A stretch of 62,006 bases of DNA. Source: a virus (Duplodnaviria; Caudoviricetes). Each line of letters opens with the position of its first letter. Position 1 is the first letter of the stretch. The stretch is from positions 1 through 62,006 of the IMG/VR virus record IMGVR_UViG_3300028394_000083, one strand, 5' to 3'. The notes under the pieces were generated by a model that made no database searches, was not told the origin of the DNA, and saw only the letters and a program-made list of their open reading frames with translations. The position numbers and the translations under genes were made by a program. Below are positions 1-9,848 of this stretch, piece after piece.

Positions 1-69
1 TAGTTGGTATCACGTAATGAGAGAAAATTAATAATTTACACCTACAAAATATTTTACTACATTTTATTA

Positions 70-819
70 ATGAAAACTGATTGGTTATTTCAAGAACCCA
101 TAGATTTAGAGCACAAACAATATGTGCTTTTAGATTATCTACAAAAGTTAGATAAAAATCTAAATAATTTAAAATTATATCCCCAATTCCAAGAGATATC
201 GTTACACCTGGCTAGTATTAATCTTTTAATTGAAAAAGGTCAATATTTAACAATGAACAGAACGTTAAAGGATCCCGATGATGAGATATTAATATCTGAC
301 TTAATACCGGTTGATTGCCCACTCCTTACAAAAGAAGAGATACTTGAAATTTATCATATCTGTAAATATACAACCGATAAATTAAAAGACTACTTCAACC
401 ACGCAAAGGCGATATGGGACATCGTTAACGATGCGGTATCAATAGATCCGATACAAAACTCAAAAAATATTGACCCCAAACAAGGGCTTTTCTTTTTAGA
501 TTATAAAGATAAAACCTACCTATATGAGTTTATGGTTAAATTAATTAAAAAGGGTAATTTAGAAACAAAATGTCACATAAAAAAAATATGTGAATGTCCT
601 AAAGGAGATTTTAATGAAAAATTAAAAGAAGTAAAAAGACCACTTATCAAAGATCTAAAAGACGATAATATTCATAGTAAGTTAATTGTTTTTAGGGTTA
701 AACACAACAACAATTACCCCCTTAAAGAAACTTTGCTTCCTATCGCAAAAAGAAAAATAATGAATTATATGATTCAATCAAAAATTATTAGACATAAAAA
801 TTTGACTAATATATCTTAG
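70..819 (+). CDS. hypothetical phage protein
   Basis: Long ORF; ATG at 70 follows an A/T-rich stretch; no recognised motif. Confidence 0.75.
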   Translation: MKTDWLFQEPIDLEHKQYVLLDYLQKLDKNLNNLKLYPQFQEISLHLASINLLIEKGQYLTMNRTLKDPDDEILISDLIPVDCPLLTKEEILEIYHICKYTTDKLKDYFNHAKAIWDIVNDAVSIDPIQNSKNIDPKQGLFFLDYKDKTYLYEFMVKLIKKGNLETKCHIKKICECPKGDFNEKLKEVKRPLIKDLKDDNIHSKLIVFRVKHNNNYPLKETLLPIAKRKIMNYMIQSKIIRHKNLTNIS

Positions 820-845
820 TTTTTTATTATTAAAATAAAAAAGTC

Positions 846-1040
846 ATGGTAGTAAAACAAAGATCATTAAACGAGTTAAGACAAGAAAAAGAGTTTGGAT
901 ACAAACATTCAGACAATCAAAAGAAAAAAATTAATGTTGACCCACAACACATAATCAATTTGGTTAGAAAATACCCAAATGATATGGATCTTGGAAAAAA
1001 AGTAAGAGGTTATTTATTGGAATTAGGGATTTATGAGTAA
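846..1040 (+). CDS. hypothetical protein
   Basis: 64-aa ORF tightly packed between neighbouring genes. Confidence 0.65.
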   Translation: MVVKQRSLNELRQEKEFGYKHSDNQKKKINVDPQHIINLVRKYPNDMDLGKKVRGYLLELGIYE

Positions 1041-1251
1041 GGAACAAGTAAACCACCCAAAACATTATGGGGGATCGGAGAACGTATATGAAGCAATCAA
1101 GGTGATTGATGCGTGGGAACTTGGATTTAGTCTAGGAAATACTGTTAAATACATCTCAAGAGCCGGTAAGAAAGATAGTGATAAAGAATTACAGGACCTT
1201 AAAAAGGCGTTGTGGTACTTGCAACATCACATTAAAACATTGGAAAAATAA
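1033..1251 (+). CDS. DUF3310-family phage protein
   Basis: VNHPKHY...GNTVKYISRAGKK...DLKKALWYL signature. Confidence 0.85.
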   Translation: MSKEQVNHPKHYGGSENVYEAIKVIDAWELGFSLGNTVKYISRAGKKDSDKELQDLKKALWYLQHHIKTLEK

Positions 1252-1901
1252 TGAGATATCTATATTTTTGTCTAATATTATTTTTGACATCCTGTATTGA
1301 AATAATTGAAGACTTAAAGTTTAATTTGGATGGGTCGGGTACCTTTAAATATGTTATAAATCTTAGTGGTAGTAAAACCAAAGTAACATCCATACTCGCT
1401 TTAGATAGTTTATACGGAGAAAAAGTTCCAAAGGTATCAGACATTAGAACTAAGATCGGAGAGTTTAAAAGAACCTTACAAGAACAAGAAGGTATTAGTA
1501 ATGTACTAATAACGGAAGACTACACCAACTACATCATTAAATTTCAGTGTGATTTTAAAAGTGTTGAGAATTTAGAACAGGCACTCAAAAACTCAATTAA
1601 AAAACTATACCAAAACAACTATTACGAATATGATTGGGTTTCTTTTAAAGGTAAGGTATTAACAAGAAAAACGCCTATTTTTTATTTAGATGATATTAGG
1701 AAGTTTGGTGATAGAGATATTGATAAACTAAAGACGGGTACCTATACTTCAGTGACTAGGTTTCCAACTAAAATAGATACGTTTGAGAATAAAAATTCGT
1801 TAAGATCAAAAAGTAATATGGCTTTAATGATTAAAACAACACCCGATCTACTTTTAAACGACCAAACCATATTAAATAATAAAATAATATTAAAAAAATG
1901 A
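1251..1901 (+). CDS. putative lipoprotein
   Basis: Hydrophobic signal peptide ending in lipobox LTSC. Confidence 0.7.
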   Translation: MRYLYFCLILFLTSCIEIIEDLKFNLDGSGTFKYVINLSGSKTKVTSILALDSLYGEKVPKVSDIRTKIGEFKRTLQEQEGISNVLITEDYTNYIIKFQCDFKSVENLEQALKNSIKKLYQNNYYEYDWVSFKGKVLTRKTPIFYLDDIRKFGDRDIDKLKTGTYTSVTRFPTKIDTFENKNSLRSKSNMALMIKTTPDLLLNDQTILNNKIILKK

Positions 1902-2749
1902 TAGAAACAGGAAAAATAATAAATGGGGATTGTATTGAGGTAATGAAAACCTTACCGGAAGGGTCTGTGGACTTAATTTGCACATCGCCGCCATATGGCG
2001 TGGGTATTGCGTATGATGTTCACGATGATGATGTTAACTTTGAGGAATATTTGGTATTTGCAAGAAATTGGTTAACTGAGGCGTATAACGTATTGAAAGA
2101 TGACGGACGTATAGCGTTAAACATACCCTATGAAATTAACAGACAAAAGAAAGGAGGGAGAATCTTCTTTGTTTCAGAGATGTATCAGATAATGAAAGAA
2201 ATAGGATTTGGATTCTTTGGTATTGTTGATTTAGAAGAACAATCACCTCATCGTAGTAAGACCACAGCATGGGGATCTTGGATGAGTCCATCCAGCCCGT
2301 ATATCTATAACCCAAAAGAGTGTGTGATATTGGCTTACAAAAAACTACACATCAAAAAGGTTAAAGGAGAACCACAATGGAAAGGAGTTCCTACTGACAT
2401 AGAACAAGAAGATGGGACATTTAAGAAAAAAGTAGTATACGAGGAACAAGACAAGAAAGAATTTATGGAGTTAGTCTTTGGTCAGTGGAACTATTTTGCA
2501 GATACAAAGAGTTTAACTAAGGCTACTTTTAGTTTAGACATACCCTTAAAGGCGATTAAAATTTTATCATATAAAAATGATATTGTCCTTGATCCTTTCG
2601 CTGGTAGCGGAACTAGTTTAGTTGCTGCGGAAATCTTGGGAAGACGGTGGTTGGGGATAGAACTATCACCAAACTACACTGAAGTTGCAAAAACAAGGGT
2701 TGAATATTTTAAAACACTACAAGAAGTATCAGAAGAAAACCAACAGTAA
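1898..2749 (+). CDS. site-specific DNA methyltransferase (beta class, N4-C/N6-A)
   Basis: TSPPY catalytic motif precedes the DPFAGSGT SAM-binding motif. Confidence 0.93.
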   Translation: MIETGKIINGDCIEVMKTLPEGSVDLICTSPPYGVGIAYDVHDDDVNFEEYLVFARNWLTEAYNVLKDDGRIALNIPYEINRQKKGGRIFFVSEMYQIMKEIGFGFFGIVDLEEQSPHRSKTTAWGSWMSPSSPYIYNPKECVILAYKKLHIKKVKGEPQWKGVPTDIEQEDGTFKKKVVYEEQDKKEFMELVFGQWNYFADTKSLTKATFSLDIPLKAIKILSYKNDIVLDPFAGSGTSLVAAEILGRRWLGIELSPNYTEVAKTRVEYFKTLQEVSEENQQ

Positions 2750-2763
2750 AATGTTGGTTTTTT
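2736..2763 (+). terminator. intrinsic terminator
   Basis: aaaaccaaca-gtaaaa-tgttggtttt hairpin followed by a T run. Confidence 0.7.
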
Positions 2764-2787
2764 AGTTTTATGTGGTATTTATTTATT

Positions 2788-4701
2788 ATGAGAAGATTAA
2801 TAAATGAATCAGGTATCCGTGACATAAATAATATCGCAAAAAGATACAAAAAAGCAAAAATATACTTTCATCAGGATTTGGATGGTGTCACAACCGGATT
2901 GGCAATGAAAAACTACCTTGAAAAATACGGTATTGAAGTTGTTGATGCTGAAGTAATACAATATGGATCTAAAGAATTTGCCATTAAAAAACCGGAAGGT
3001 GAAGGTGAAGTAATGCCGGTTCTTGTTGATTTTGCTCACGGAAAACCAATGTTTGTTATTCATACCGATCACCACGATACACAAGCTGGTGTTGAAAAAG
3101 ATACAGCAACGAATTTTAAATCATCAAGATCAAACGTGGAAACTATATCACAAGTGGTATCACCGAAAGAGATTTTTCCATCCGACGACATTTTATTAAT
3201 ATCAACTGTAGATTCAGCAAACTTTGCGGTAAATCAAATAACACCAGAAATGGTTATGAATTACCTATACAAATACGATAAAGATAGTTCACTAAAAAGA
3301 AACAAAATGTTAATGGGGTTAGTTGTAAACAAACTATTATTAGCCTATAAAAACAAACCAAGATTTTTGGAAAACCTTGTGTTAAACTCACAACCATCTC
3401 TTTTAAGTATTTTAAATAATATTAAAAAAGAAGCGATTGAAAAGGGGTATGCCGATCCTGAACAACTAACAAAAAACAAGGAAAATTACATACAAAGTAG
3501 AAAAGAAAAGGGTGTAGAAACTCTTGGTAATATTATCTCTCAATATGGATTTGGTAGCACAACAAAGTCAGGTGCTTATGATAGATACACACCATTTAAA
3601 AACAATCCAGATTCCGATTTCCTTGTAACGGGAATGCCGATGGGTATGGTTCAGGCATCCTGCAACCCATTTAAAGAAGATAGAGCACTCAAAGGGGTAA
3701 ATTTAGGTGAAATAAAAGATGAGGTATTAGATGTATTTAGAAAAGAATTTGAAGGTTTAAAAATAACCTTTGGTGTTATAAAAAGGGTTGCGGAACAAGA
3801 AGCTGATTTTAGTTCAGTTGGTTTTACCTTTAAAGATATGGAGGCGATCTATGGTGAAAGCCCATCTTATAAAATAGACGGAGGAGAAAACTTAAAAGAG
3901 ATTTTAAACAACATATCCTCCAAACTTTATAGGGGATTATCTCAAAAACAAAAAGAATTATTGGATAAAGTTTCTGTTAATGGGTTTGACGTTATAAGAG
4001 CAAACTCAGGAGGACACAAATGTATAACCAACATTTCAGGTATAAATTTTTTATATAGGGATAATAAAGGAGGTAAAACAGATAAAATTTCTAGTGAGTT
4101 ATTACCAATCGCTAACTATTCAGGAAAAAATTCATTTTTAAATGACATTAAGTCAAAATTGTTAACTTACGGTAGATTGTCAGACAAACAAATTGAGATG
4201 GCAATGAATCAGATTAAAAAGGAAGGGGGATCATCGACATCAACTGAAACAGTCGATTCACAATCAAACAAAACTTTTGTTGATGTTGTAAAACAGATCC
4301 AACAGGAATTTGTGAATATTTTAAATAATAAAATAAAATCACAATCCGAAAACATAACCGAAAGTGTTGTTAAGAATAAAAACGTGGAGTCACTATTAAA
4401 GAACCACATCAAGGGACACAATGTTCTTTCAGAACAAGACTGGAAATATGTTATGTCTAAACTTAGTTGTGTTACCGATAATAGAGGACAATGGGATCAC
4501 CCAGAAAAATGCACAATGATTGAGAGTGATAGAATAACAATGAAAAACGTAAATTATCCTTTGGTTGGTATTGACAATACGGGACATTTAAAGTTGATGC
4601 TACCTGAAAATGATTATAAATTTCCAGGAAAAAAAGTGTTTGAAATACCACTTAAAGGGAAATATAAAAATTTAGGTATAAAATTATTAAAATTTTTATA
4701 A
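2788..4701 (+). CDS. DHH-family phosphoesterase-like protein with short N-terminal leader
   Basis: HQDLDG, VDF, TDHHD and late GGH motifs; TATTTAT at 2776; MRRLINE start. Confidence 0.7.
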   Translation: MRRLINESGIRDINNIAKRYKKAKIYFHQDLDGVTTGLAMKNYLEKYGIEVVDAEVIQYGSKEFAIKKPEGEGEVMPVLVDFAHGKPMFVIHTDHHDTQAGVEKDTATNFKSSRSNVETISQVVSPKEIFPSDDILLISTVDSANFAVNQITPEMVMNYLYKYDKDSSLKRNKMLMGLVVNKLLLAYKNKPRFLENLVLNSQPSLLSILNNIKKEAIEKGYADPEQLTKNKENYIQSRKEKGVETLGNIISQYGFGSTTKSGAYDRYTPFKNNPDSDFLVTGMPMGMVQASCNPFKEDRALKGVNLGEIKDEVLDVFRKEFEGLKITFGVIKRVAEQEADFSSVGFTFKDMEAIYGESPSYKIDGGENLKEILNNISSKLYRGLSQKQKELLDKVSVNGFDVIRANSGGHKCITNISGINFLYRDNKGGKTDKISSELLPIANYSGKNSFLNDIKSKLLTYGRLSDKQIEMAMNQIKKEGGSSTSTETVDSQSNKTFVDVVKQIQQEFVNILNNKIKSQSENITESVVKNKNVESLLKNHIKGHNVLSEQDWKYVMSKLSCVTDNRGQWDHPEKCTMIESDRITMKNVNYPLVGIDNTGHLKLMLPENDYKFPGKKVFEIPLKGKYKNLGIKLLKFL

Positions 4702-4862
4702 TATTTTTAGTCTTTACGTAATTTAAGGTATATTTATATACTACCTCTGATAAAATTTCTATATTTTTTATTAATTTACTTGATTAAATAAAAATAAATT
4801 TATAAATTTGTAAAACAATTAGGAAACGTTCTAATTTGTATAAAAAATTGATTTATTAATAT

Positions 4863-5006
4863 ATGTCTGAAATTACAAACGAAGTAGTTGAGATCTATGC
4901 CTACTTTGATGACAAAGGTCAAAAAGTGTACACACCAAACGTAGAGTTTGCTGAGATAATGGCTAAGAAATACGGAACAAACGATGTTTACGTAGAAAAA
5001 AACTAA
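4863..5006 (+). CDS. small hypothetical protein (47 aa, not in ORF track)
   Basis: MSEITNEVVEIYAYFDDKGQKVYTPNVEFAEIMAKKYGTNDVYVEKN, translated by hand. Confidence 0.65.
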   Translation: MSEITNEVVEIYAYFDDKGQKVYTPNVEFAEIMAKKYGTNDVYVEKN

Positions 5007-5024
5007 AAAAAAACAACAAAGGAC

Positions 5025-5055
5025 TTGTCTAATTGAAAAAAAAGACTTAACTTTG
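5025..5055 (+). promoter_or_regulatory. Bacteroidota-type housekeeping promoter (-33 TTG / -7 TAnnTTTG)
   Basis: TTG at 5025 and TAACTTTG at 5048-5055, upstream of the large ncRNA. Confidence 0.75.
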
Positions 5056-5083
5056 TAAAACAAATCAGGAAAAGACCTGAAAC

Positions 5084-5094
5084 GTTCTTTGAAA
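5084..5094 (+). promoter_or_regulatory. boxA-like antitermination element
   Basis: GTTCTTTGAAA; recurs at 15119, 20832 and 21312, with a variant at 23892. Confidence 0.65.
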
Positions 5095-5169
5095 ATCTAA
5101 ATCCGACCGAAACAGTCGTCACAGTTAAAAAAAGCGAAGTAACACCTCCCTTTCTTTATATGTGAAACT

Positions 5170-5990
5170 AAATTAAGTCATTGGGCCGTGTATGGTCCAT
5201 TAAAATAAACCACGAAAGTGGGATAAAGTGAACCCTTAGTGTGTTGGGTTTGCGTCTTGGTGAGTTTTCGGACTTGTCGAGATTGAGTACACAAGCGGGA
5301 TACCGTTTAACCTTTAGTACCGAGGGCAACGCTGTAGGGAAAGTGGTTATACGAACTGGCAATGTGGGTTGTCAGTTTGAGATGGGAACATCAATAGGAA
5401 TAACCCGTAGGAATATTGCAAAAAATAAGATTATCCGATTTTATTATTGCGTGTTCCATTATGATAGGATACTTAAAACCGAAAGGTATGTTAACGTACA
5501 AGTGGTGTTGTTATTAACCTTGACCGTTCCCTACCAAGGGTTCGATCTCGAAGTAGTCTTGAAATATGGAAATGGGGACATTTCACGGGGTAGTTTGGTA
5601 TTTCGTTGTTCAAAAGATAACGAATCTAAAGACGGACCACTACTTCGATCAATCCACAACACCAAACTTATGGAGATTTAATTCCAATTAAAATTACATT
5701 AAGCAAAAGTGTCCGTCACGATATAACGGAAGTTACCCACCTATTCACTGGCAGTCAGTGGAACGTGATAACCGCAAGTTTGACCGTATTTTTATGAAAA
5801 ATCTCTAAGTCGTCGAAGACTGAATCAGGACGCAATCTTGAGGAGACAGGAGTAGTAAGAGAGTAGTTATGTCGTCAAGAAGTGATTGGTCTAACCAATC
5901 GGTAATGAGTGTTACAGGACAAAATCCTGTGGATAAGAGTAGAATCAATAATGACTCGAAAGACACTTACAAAAACTGTAATCTCAGGTT
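5170..5990 (+). ncRNA. large structured ncRNA (GOLLD/ROOL-like candidate)
   Basis: About 0.8 kb, GC-richer than flanks, no credible CDS; GNRA-capped hairpins (ccac-gaaa-gtgg, acc-gaaa-ggt); agtcatt (5176) complementary to aatgact (5950); own promoter, boxA and terminator. Confidence 0.7.
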
Positions 5991-6031
5991 TTTATTTTTT
6001 AAATGAAACTTATTAAGTTAAAAAAATTAAT

Positions 6032-6056
6032 GGGACAATTTATTGTCCCTTTTTTT
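6032..6056 (+). terminator. intrinsic terminator
   Basis: gggacaa-ttta-ttgtccc followed by a T run. Confidence 0.8.
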
Positions 6057-6059
6057 GTT

Positions 6060-6737
6060 TTATAATATTTTGTTACTCTTTTTTAAATTATCTTCAGCCC
6101 ATAATGGTTGGAGATTTGTGTAATGACATAAACCGTATAATTCTTCTTCTGTTTTTGCCGATGATAATGGAATTATGTGATCAATATGCCACTCACTCCT
6201 GTTATCCCAACTCATACCAACAACAAATTGGGTTTCTAAATGTTCTTTAAGGGATTCCGGTGAACAACCAACAATATCAAAGGTTTTACAATTTTTATTG
6301 TGTTTAGTTATTTTTAAAAATGAGTTTAATCTATTTCTAACATTTTGTGATAATTTAAAAATAATATCATTTTTATATTTTTCTTTTCGTTTGGTGTAAA
6401 ATAATTCTTTATTTCTTTTTTGCCAAGATTCTGTAGATTTAATTTTTTTTGATAAAGAATTGTTTGTTAGTTTTTTTTCTTTATGTAACCTGTTCCTTAA
6501 CAGTTCTTTATCTCTATTATTTAAATAATATTGTCTTTGATTTTCGTTTAATTTAGTTCTATTTTTTTCTCTATAGTTTCTATGACACTCATTTAAAATG
6601 TCTTTAGACTTTAATTTATTATTTTTTTTTGAACATTCAGAACACTCACTGCGATAACCATCCTTTGAATATTTGTTTTTCTGAAAACCACAAAGGTCCT
6701 TAGATTCCTTACATTTAGAACATATTTTTGTCTCCAT
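6060..6737 (-). CDS. HNH endonuclease with N-terminal Zn finger
   Basis: CSKC...CSEC; WHIDHIIPLS...HYTNLQPLWAEDNLKK; paralogue of 51841-52608. Confidence 0.85.
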   Translation of the reverse strand: METKICSKCKESKDLCGFQKNKYSKDGYRSECSECSKKNNKLKSKDILNECHRNYREKNRTKLNENQRQYYLNNRDKELLRNRLHKEKKLTNNSLSKKIKSTESWQKRNKELFYTKRKEKYKNDIIFKLSQNVRNRLNSFLKITKHNKNCKTFDIVGCSPESLKEHLETQFVVGMSWDNRSEWHIDHIIPLSSAKTEEELYGLCHYTNLQPLWAEDNLKKSNKIL

Positions 6738-6870
6738 AGTAATTTGATAAAAGTTTCTCAATTAGTTTTGATTTATTAACGATATCTTTTTCTAATCTTT
6801 TATTAATTTCTTGACTGAGAGTTATTGATATTTTAACCCTCTTTTCGTTTTCTTTTAATTTTGGTCTCAT
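6715..6870 (-). CDS. ribbon-helix-helix DNA-binding protein (51 aa, not in ORF track)
   Basis: MRPKLKENEKRVKISITLSQEINKRLEKDIVNKSKLIEKLL: beta-helix-helix pattern; overlaps the HNH start. Confidence 0.65.
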   Translation of the reverse strand: MRPKLKENEKRVKISITLSQEINKRLEKDIVNKSKLIEKLLSNYYGDKNMF

Positions 6871-6952
6871 AAAAATAAATATTCATAAAATACGTAAAAT
6901 ACTGATTTTTATATTTTTTTGTGCGTTAAATTTTTTTGCATATCTTTGTTGT

Positions 6953-7363
6953 ATGAAAAATGATAACAAAATAGGTAAAGCGATTACAGACAAACACATT
7001 AAGATTGTTAAAAAAATCACTAAAGATATGGTGATTAGTGTATATACAAATCACAACTATTATGTGGATAGAGACCTATTAGATTCAGTCATTAAAATCT
7101 CATCAATTAGAAAATATAAACACGAAAAAACACAGTGGTCTGATAATAAAGAACTATATACATATGAGATAGATGTGATTGTTGATATGCGTTCTAATAT
7201 GAGTTGGAAAAATAACAATTATTGTCAACGAAATTCAAGAAAATATAATAGATATTATAGTAGTAGTATCCATAATTCAGTTTTAGAATATTTAAAATAT
7301 TTTGGAATTGATAGAACAGATAACCCCACTATTTCAAAAATACAGTACAAAGATATTGTCTAA
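6953..7363 (+). CDS. hypothetical protein
   Basis: ORF preceded by TATCTTTG at 6941. Confidence 0.75.
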   Translation: MKNDNKIGKAITDKHIKIVKKITKDMVISVYTNHNYYVDRDLLDSVIKISSIRKYKHEKTQWSDNKELYTYEIDVIVDMRSNMSWKNNNYCQRNSRKYNRYYSSSIHNSVLEYLKYFGIDRTDNPTISKIQYKDIV

Positions 7364-7400
7364 TTAAAAAAAAAGTATTACATTTGTATAAATAAAAGAT

Positions 7401-7667
7401 ATGGCAACACTAAAACACATAATGATCGTCCACCCTAAGTTTGGTGAAGTTTTAAATGAAACTTTTATGGATGAGGTACAGTTTAAAATATTTTTGAATA
7501 TGGTCCACTCATCTATTGAGTTGAATCAAAACCTATCAACGTTTAATGGTAAAGACTTTTTAGTTCACGTACCAAGTTCAATATTAAAAGAATGTTTGGT
7601 TATTGGTAATAGTAAAGAGATGTCAATGGCTGAGGTTGTTATGGCAAAATCTAAGTTGGAGGGATAG
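7401..7667 (+). CDS. hypothetical protein
   Basis: ORF preceded by TACATTTG at 7379. Confidence 0.75.
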   Translation: MATLKHIMIVHPKFGEVLNETFMDEVQFKIFLNMVHSSIELNQNLSTFNGKDFLVHVPSSILKECLVIGNSKEMSMAEVVMAKSKLEG

Positions 7668-7780
7668 TTTCTTTGTTTCTCTTTAAAACAAAGTGGTGGC
7701 AGTTTGTATCACAATCCGTGATCGACCCAAATTAGGTGAGGGTTTCCTCACCTTTTTTTATTTAGCGTATATTTATTAGT

Positions 7781-8167
7781 ATGAAGATACAATTAACCGA
7801 ATCTGAACTAATATCGTTGATAGAATCCATAATTGGTAAATCAAACGATTTTTTATATGAAGACATTTACGGATCAGTAGAATCCGTTGATAATTACCTA
7901 AACGAGGCTGAGTATCAGGGAAGAAAAGTTCAACTTGGAAAAATAATGCAAGGAGACATTAAAAAATTCAAAGTTTATGTCAAAAACGATAAAGGGAAGG
8001 TCGTTAAGGTAAATTTTGGTTTTGGAGGTAAATCGGCTAAAGGGAAAAGAATGGTTATTAAAAAAAATAATCCTGAAAGAAGAAGATCTTTCAGAGCAAG
8101 ACATAATTGTGATAATCCTGGACCAAGATGGAAACCAAGATTTTGGAGCTGTAGGACTTGGAATTAA
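7781..8167 (+). CDS. leader-bearing basic protein (putative virion-internal)
   Basis: MKIQLTESEL leader, YLNE-AE site, basic C-terminus RRSFRARHNC; TATTTAT at 7770. Confidence 0.75.
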   Translation: MKIQLTESELISLIESIIGKSNDFLYEDIYGSVESVDNYLNEAEYQGRKVQLGKIMQGDIKKFKVYVKNDKGKVVKVNFGFGGKSAKGKRMVIKKNNPERRRSFRARHNCDNPGPRWKPRFWSCRTWN

Positions 8168-9057
8168 AATTTTATCACCCAGTCTCTATATGATTTAAAT
8201 CTCCCTTTAATCATTCTTAAAAAAGTAGAATAATTATAATTTTCAGAAACACAAAACGAATAAACTTCTGATTTTTTTAATTTTTTTATTTCATTAGTAA
8301 CTCTGTTATAAATTTTTATTTCACTATTATAATGATTATCTAGTTCCGTGATTAATTTTAATATATCATTATCGCTTTGACCTTTATCTGTAAAACAATA
8401 ATATCCATAGTATCTTTTTATTTTTTTACCATTATCTAAATTTTTACTAATACGACTAAAATTACCACTACATAAACCTAAAGTTTTAAAATATTCATCT
8501 TTACCTGTCACCCTAATGATATTATTATCGTTATTAACGATTATCCATTTTTTCTTAGAGTTTTCATTGTATAAAAGTACCCGATCTTTATTTTTTTCCC
8601 ATATCTTATCCTTATGTTCTTGAGTAAATTTTTTACCCTTACCCCAACCACTAAAATTACTTTTCATTTTTTTCTTATACTCTTCACTATTTATTATTTT
8701 ATTCCATTTTTCGGAGTTTTTTAAACCTTCTGAAATTCTTAATCTTAATTCTTTAGTTGATATTAATTTTTTACCTTGACCCCCACCCGTTAAGTTATAT
8801 CCGTTAGGTGATACTGAATTATAGAAATTAATCCAAAATATTTCTTTTTCATTTAATTCTTCTAAATTACTTGCCGAATCAATTACCTCAAAAATAAAAT
8901 TATCTAAACCATATTTTTTTAATGACATTAAAAATGGTCGTTTTATGTTATTTTTAGATTCCTTTAGATGGTTTTTTATTCTTTTATCTAAATCTTGTGT
9001 AGTTTGACCTATATAAATTTTTTTGTCAATTTTATTGGTGGATTTATAAATAATCAT
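8164..9057 (-). CDS. GIY-YIG homing endonuclease
   Basis: IIYKSTN...YIGQT...R...E..WI...GYN motifs followed by NUMOD3-like segment. Confidence 0.88.
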   Translation of the reverse strand: MIIYKSTNKIDKKIYIGQTTQDLDKRIKNHLKESKNNIKRPFLMSLKKYGLDNFIFEVIDSASNLEELNEKEIFWINFYNSVSPNGYNLTGGGQGKKLISTKELRLRISEGLKNSEKWNKIINSEEYKKKMKSNFSGWGKGKKFTQEHKDKIWEKNKDRVLLYNENSKKKWIIVNNDNNIIRVTGKDEYFKTLGLCSGNFSRISKNLDNGKKIKRYYGYYCFTDKGQSDNDILKLITELDNHYNSEIKIYNRVTNEIKKLKKSEVYSFCVSENYNYSTFLRMIKGRFKSYRDWVIKF

Positions 9058-9149
9058 ATTTTACTTTTTAATATAAATATTTCTATTTTTATTATTGGAC
9101 TTATTAATTATGGTGAAATTTATTTTATTTTTAATTATATTTATATGTT

Positions 9150-9449
9150 ATGAGCAAAATTATAGTAACAGAAAAACAGTTAGAGGATATCGTTAAAATG
9201 GTAAAAGAAAATAACGAGCAAGGTTCTTATATGGCAAAACAACAGTTGTTTACCATCGCAACACTAGCATATAAAATGTGGGAAATGATGGAAGACGGAG
9301 AACAATTGGAAGATTGGATGGAAACAAAGATCGCACAATCAGAGCAATCTGTAACTGCGGTTGTTAAGTCTTTTATGTACGATGATGTTGAGGATAGAAT
9401 GAAAGGTAATGGTGGTGTTGACTTAGATAGTTTAATTATTGGAATGTAG
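9150..9449 (+). CDS. leader-bearing hypothetical protein
   Basis: MSKIIVTEKQLEDIVKMVKE leader; TATTTAT at 9138. Confidence 0.75.
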   Translation: MSKIIVTEKQLEDIVKMVKENNEQGSYMAKQQLFTIATLAYKMWEMMEDGEQLEDWMETKIAQSEQSVTAVVKSFMYDDVEDRMKGNGGVDLDSLIIGM

Positions 9450-9527
9450 CCAAACAAAATTTACATTAAACCCCCCTTTCTTAGTTGACTGGGGGATTTT
9501 TATTTTATATCATTATTAAAAAAAGAT

Positions 9528-9707
9528 ATGTACGTAATAATTAAACACATCAAAATGAATGATAACAAAAAAAGAGTTCCTGTTATCATATTAAATAGTG
9601 AGTCTGAAATATTGGAATTTGATTCACTTGAAAATGCCGAAAAAATGAGAGACATTTTTGAATTAAATTCAGATTCGGGTCACACTTACGAGGTTAAGAA
9701 GATATAA
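9528..9707 (+). CDS. small hypothetical protein (59 aa, not in ORF track)
   Basis: MYVIIKHIKMNDNKKRVPVIILNSESEILEFDSLENAEKMRDIFELNSDSGHTYEVKKI. Confidence 0.65.
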   Translation: MYVIIKHIKMNDNKKRVPVIILNSESEILEFDSLENAEKMRDIFELNSDSGHTYEVKKI

Positions 9708-9713
9708 TAATAT

Positions 9714-9786
9714 GGTCCTATGATGTAAATGGATAACATATTTCTCTTCTAAAGAAATTTTTCAGGTTCAAACCCTGATAGGACTA
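9714..9786 (+). tRNA. tRNA-Arg(TCT)
   Basis: Cloverleaf; anticodon arm tttct-cttctaa-agaaa. Confidence 0.85.
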
Positions 9787-9848
9787 CAAAAAAAATTATA
9801 GATATTGGTTCGTTTTTACTTATATGTGATATTTATAAATAAAAGACC

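Noticed and set aside
1898-2749. Restriction-modification system
   Set aside because: No adjacent restriction endonuclease is recognisable; orphan methyltransferases are common in phages.
5241-5681. 146-aa ORF in the ORF track
   Set aside because: TTG start, atypical composition, and it lies inside the structured ncRNA; likely spurious.
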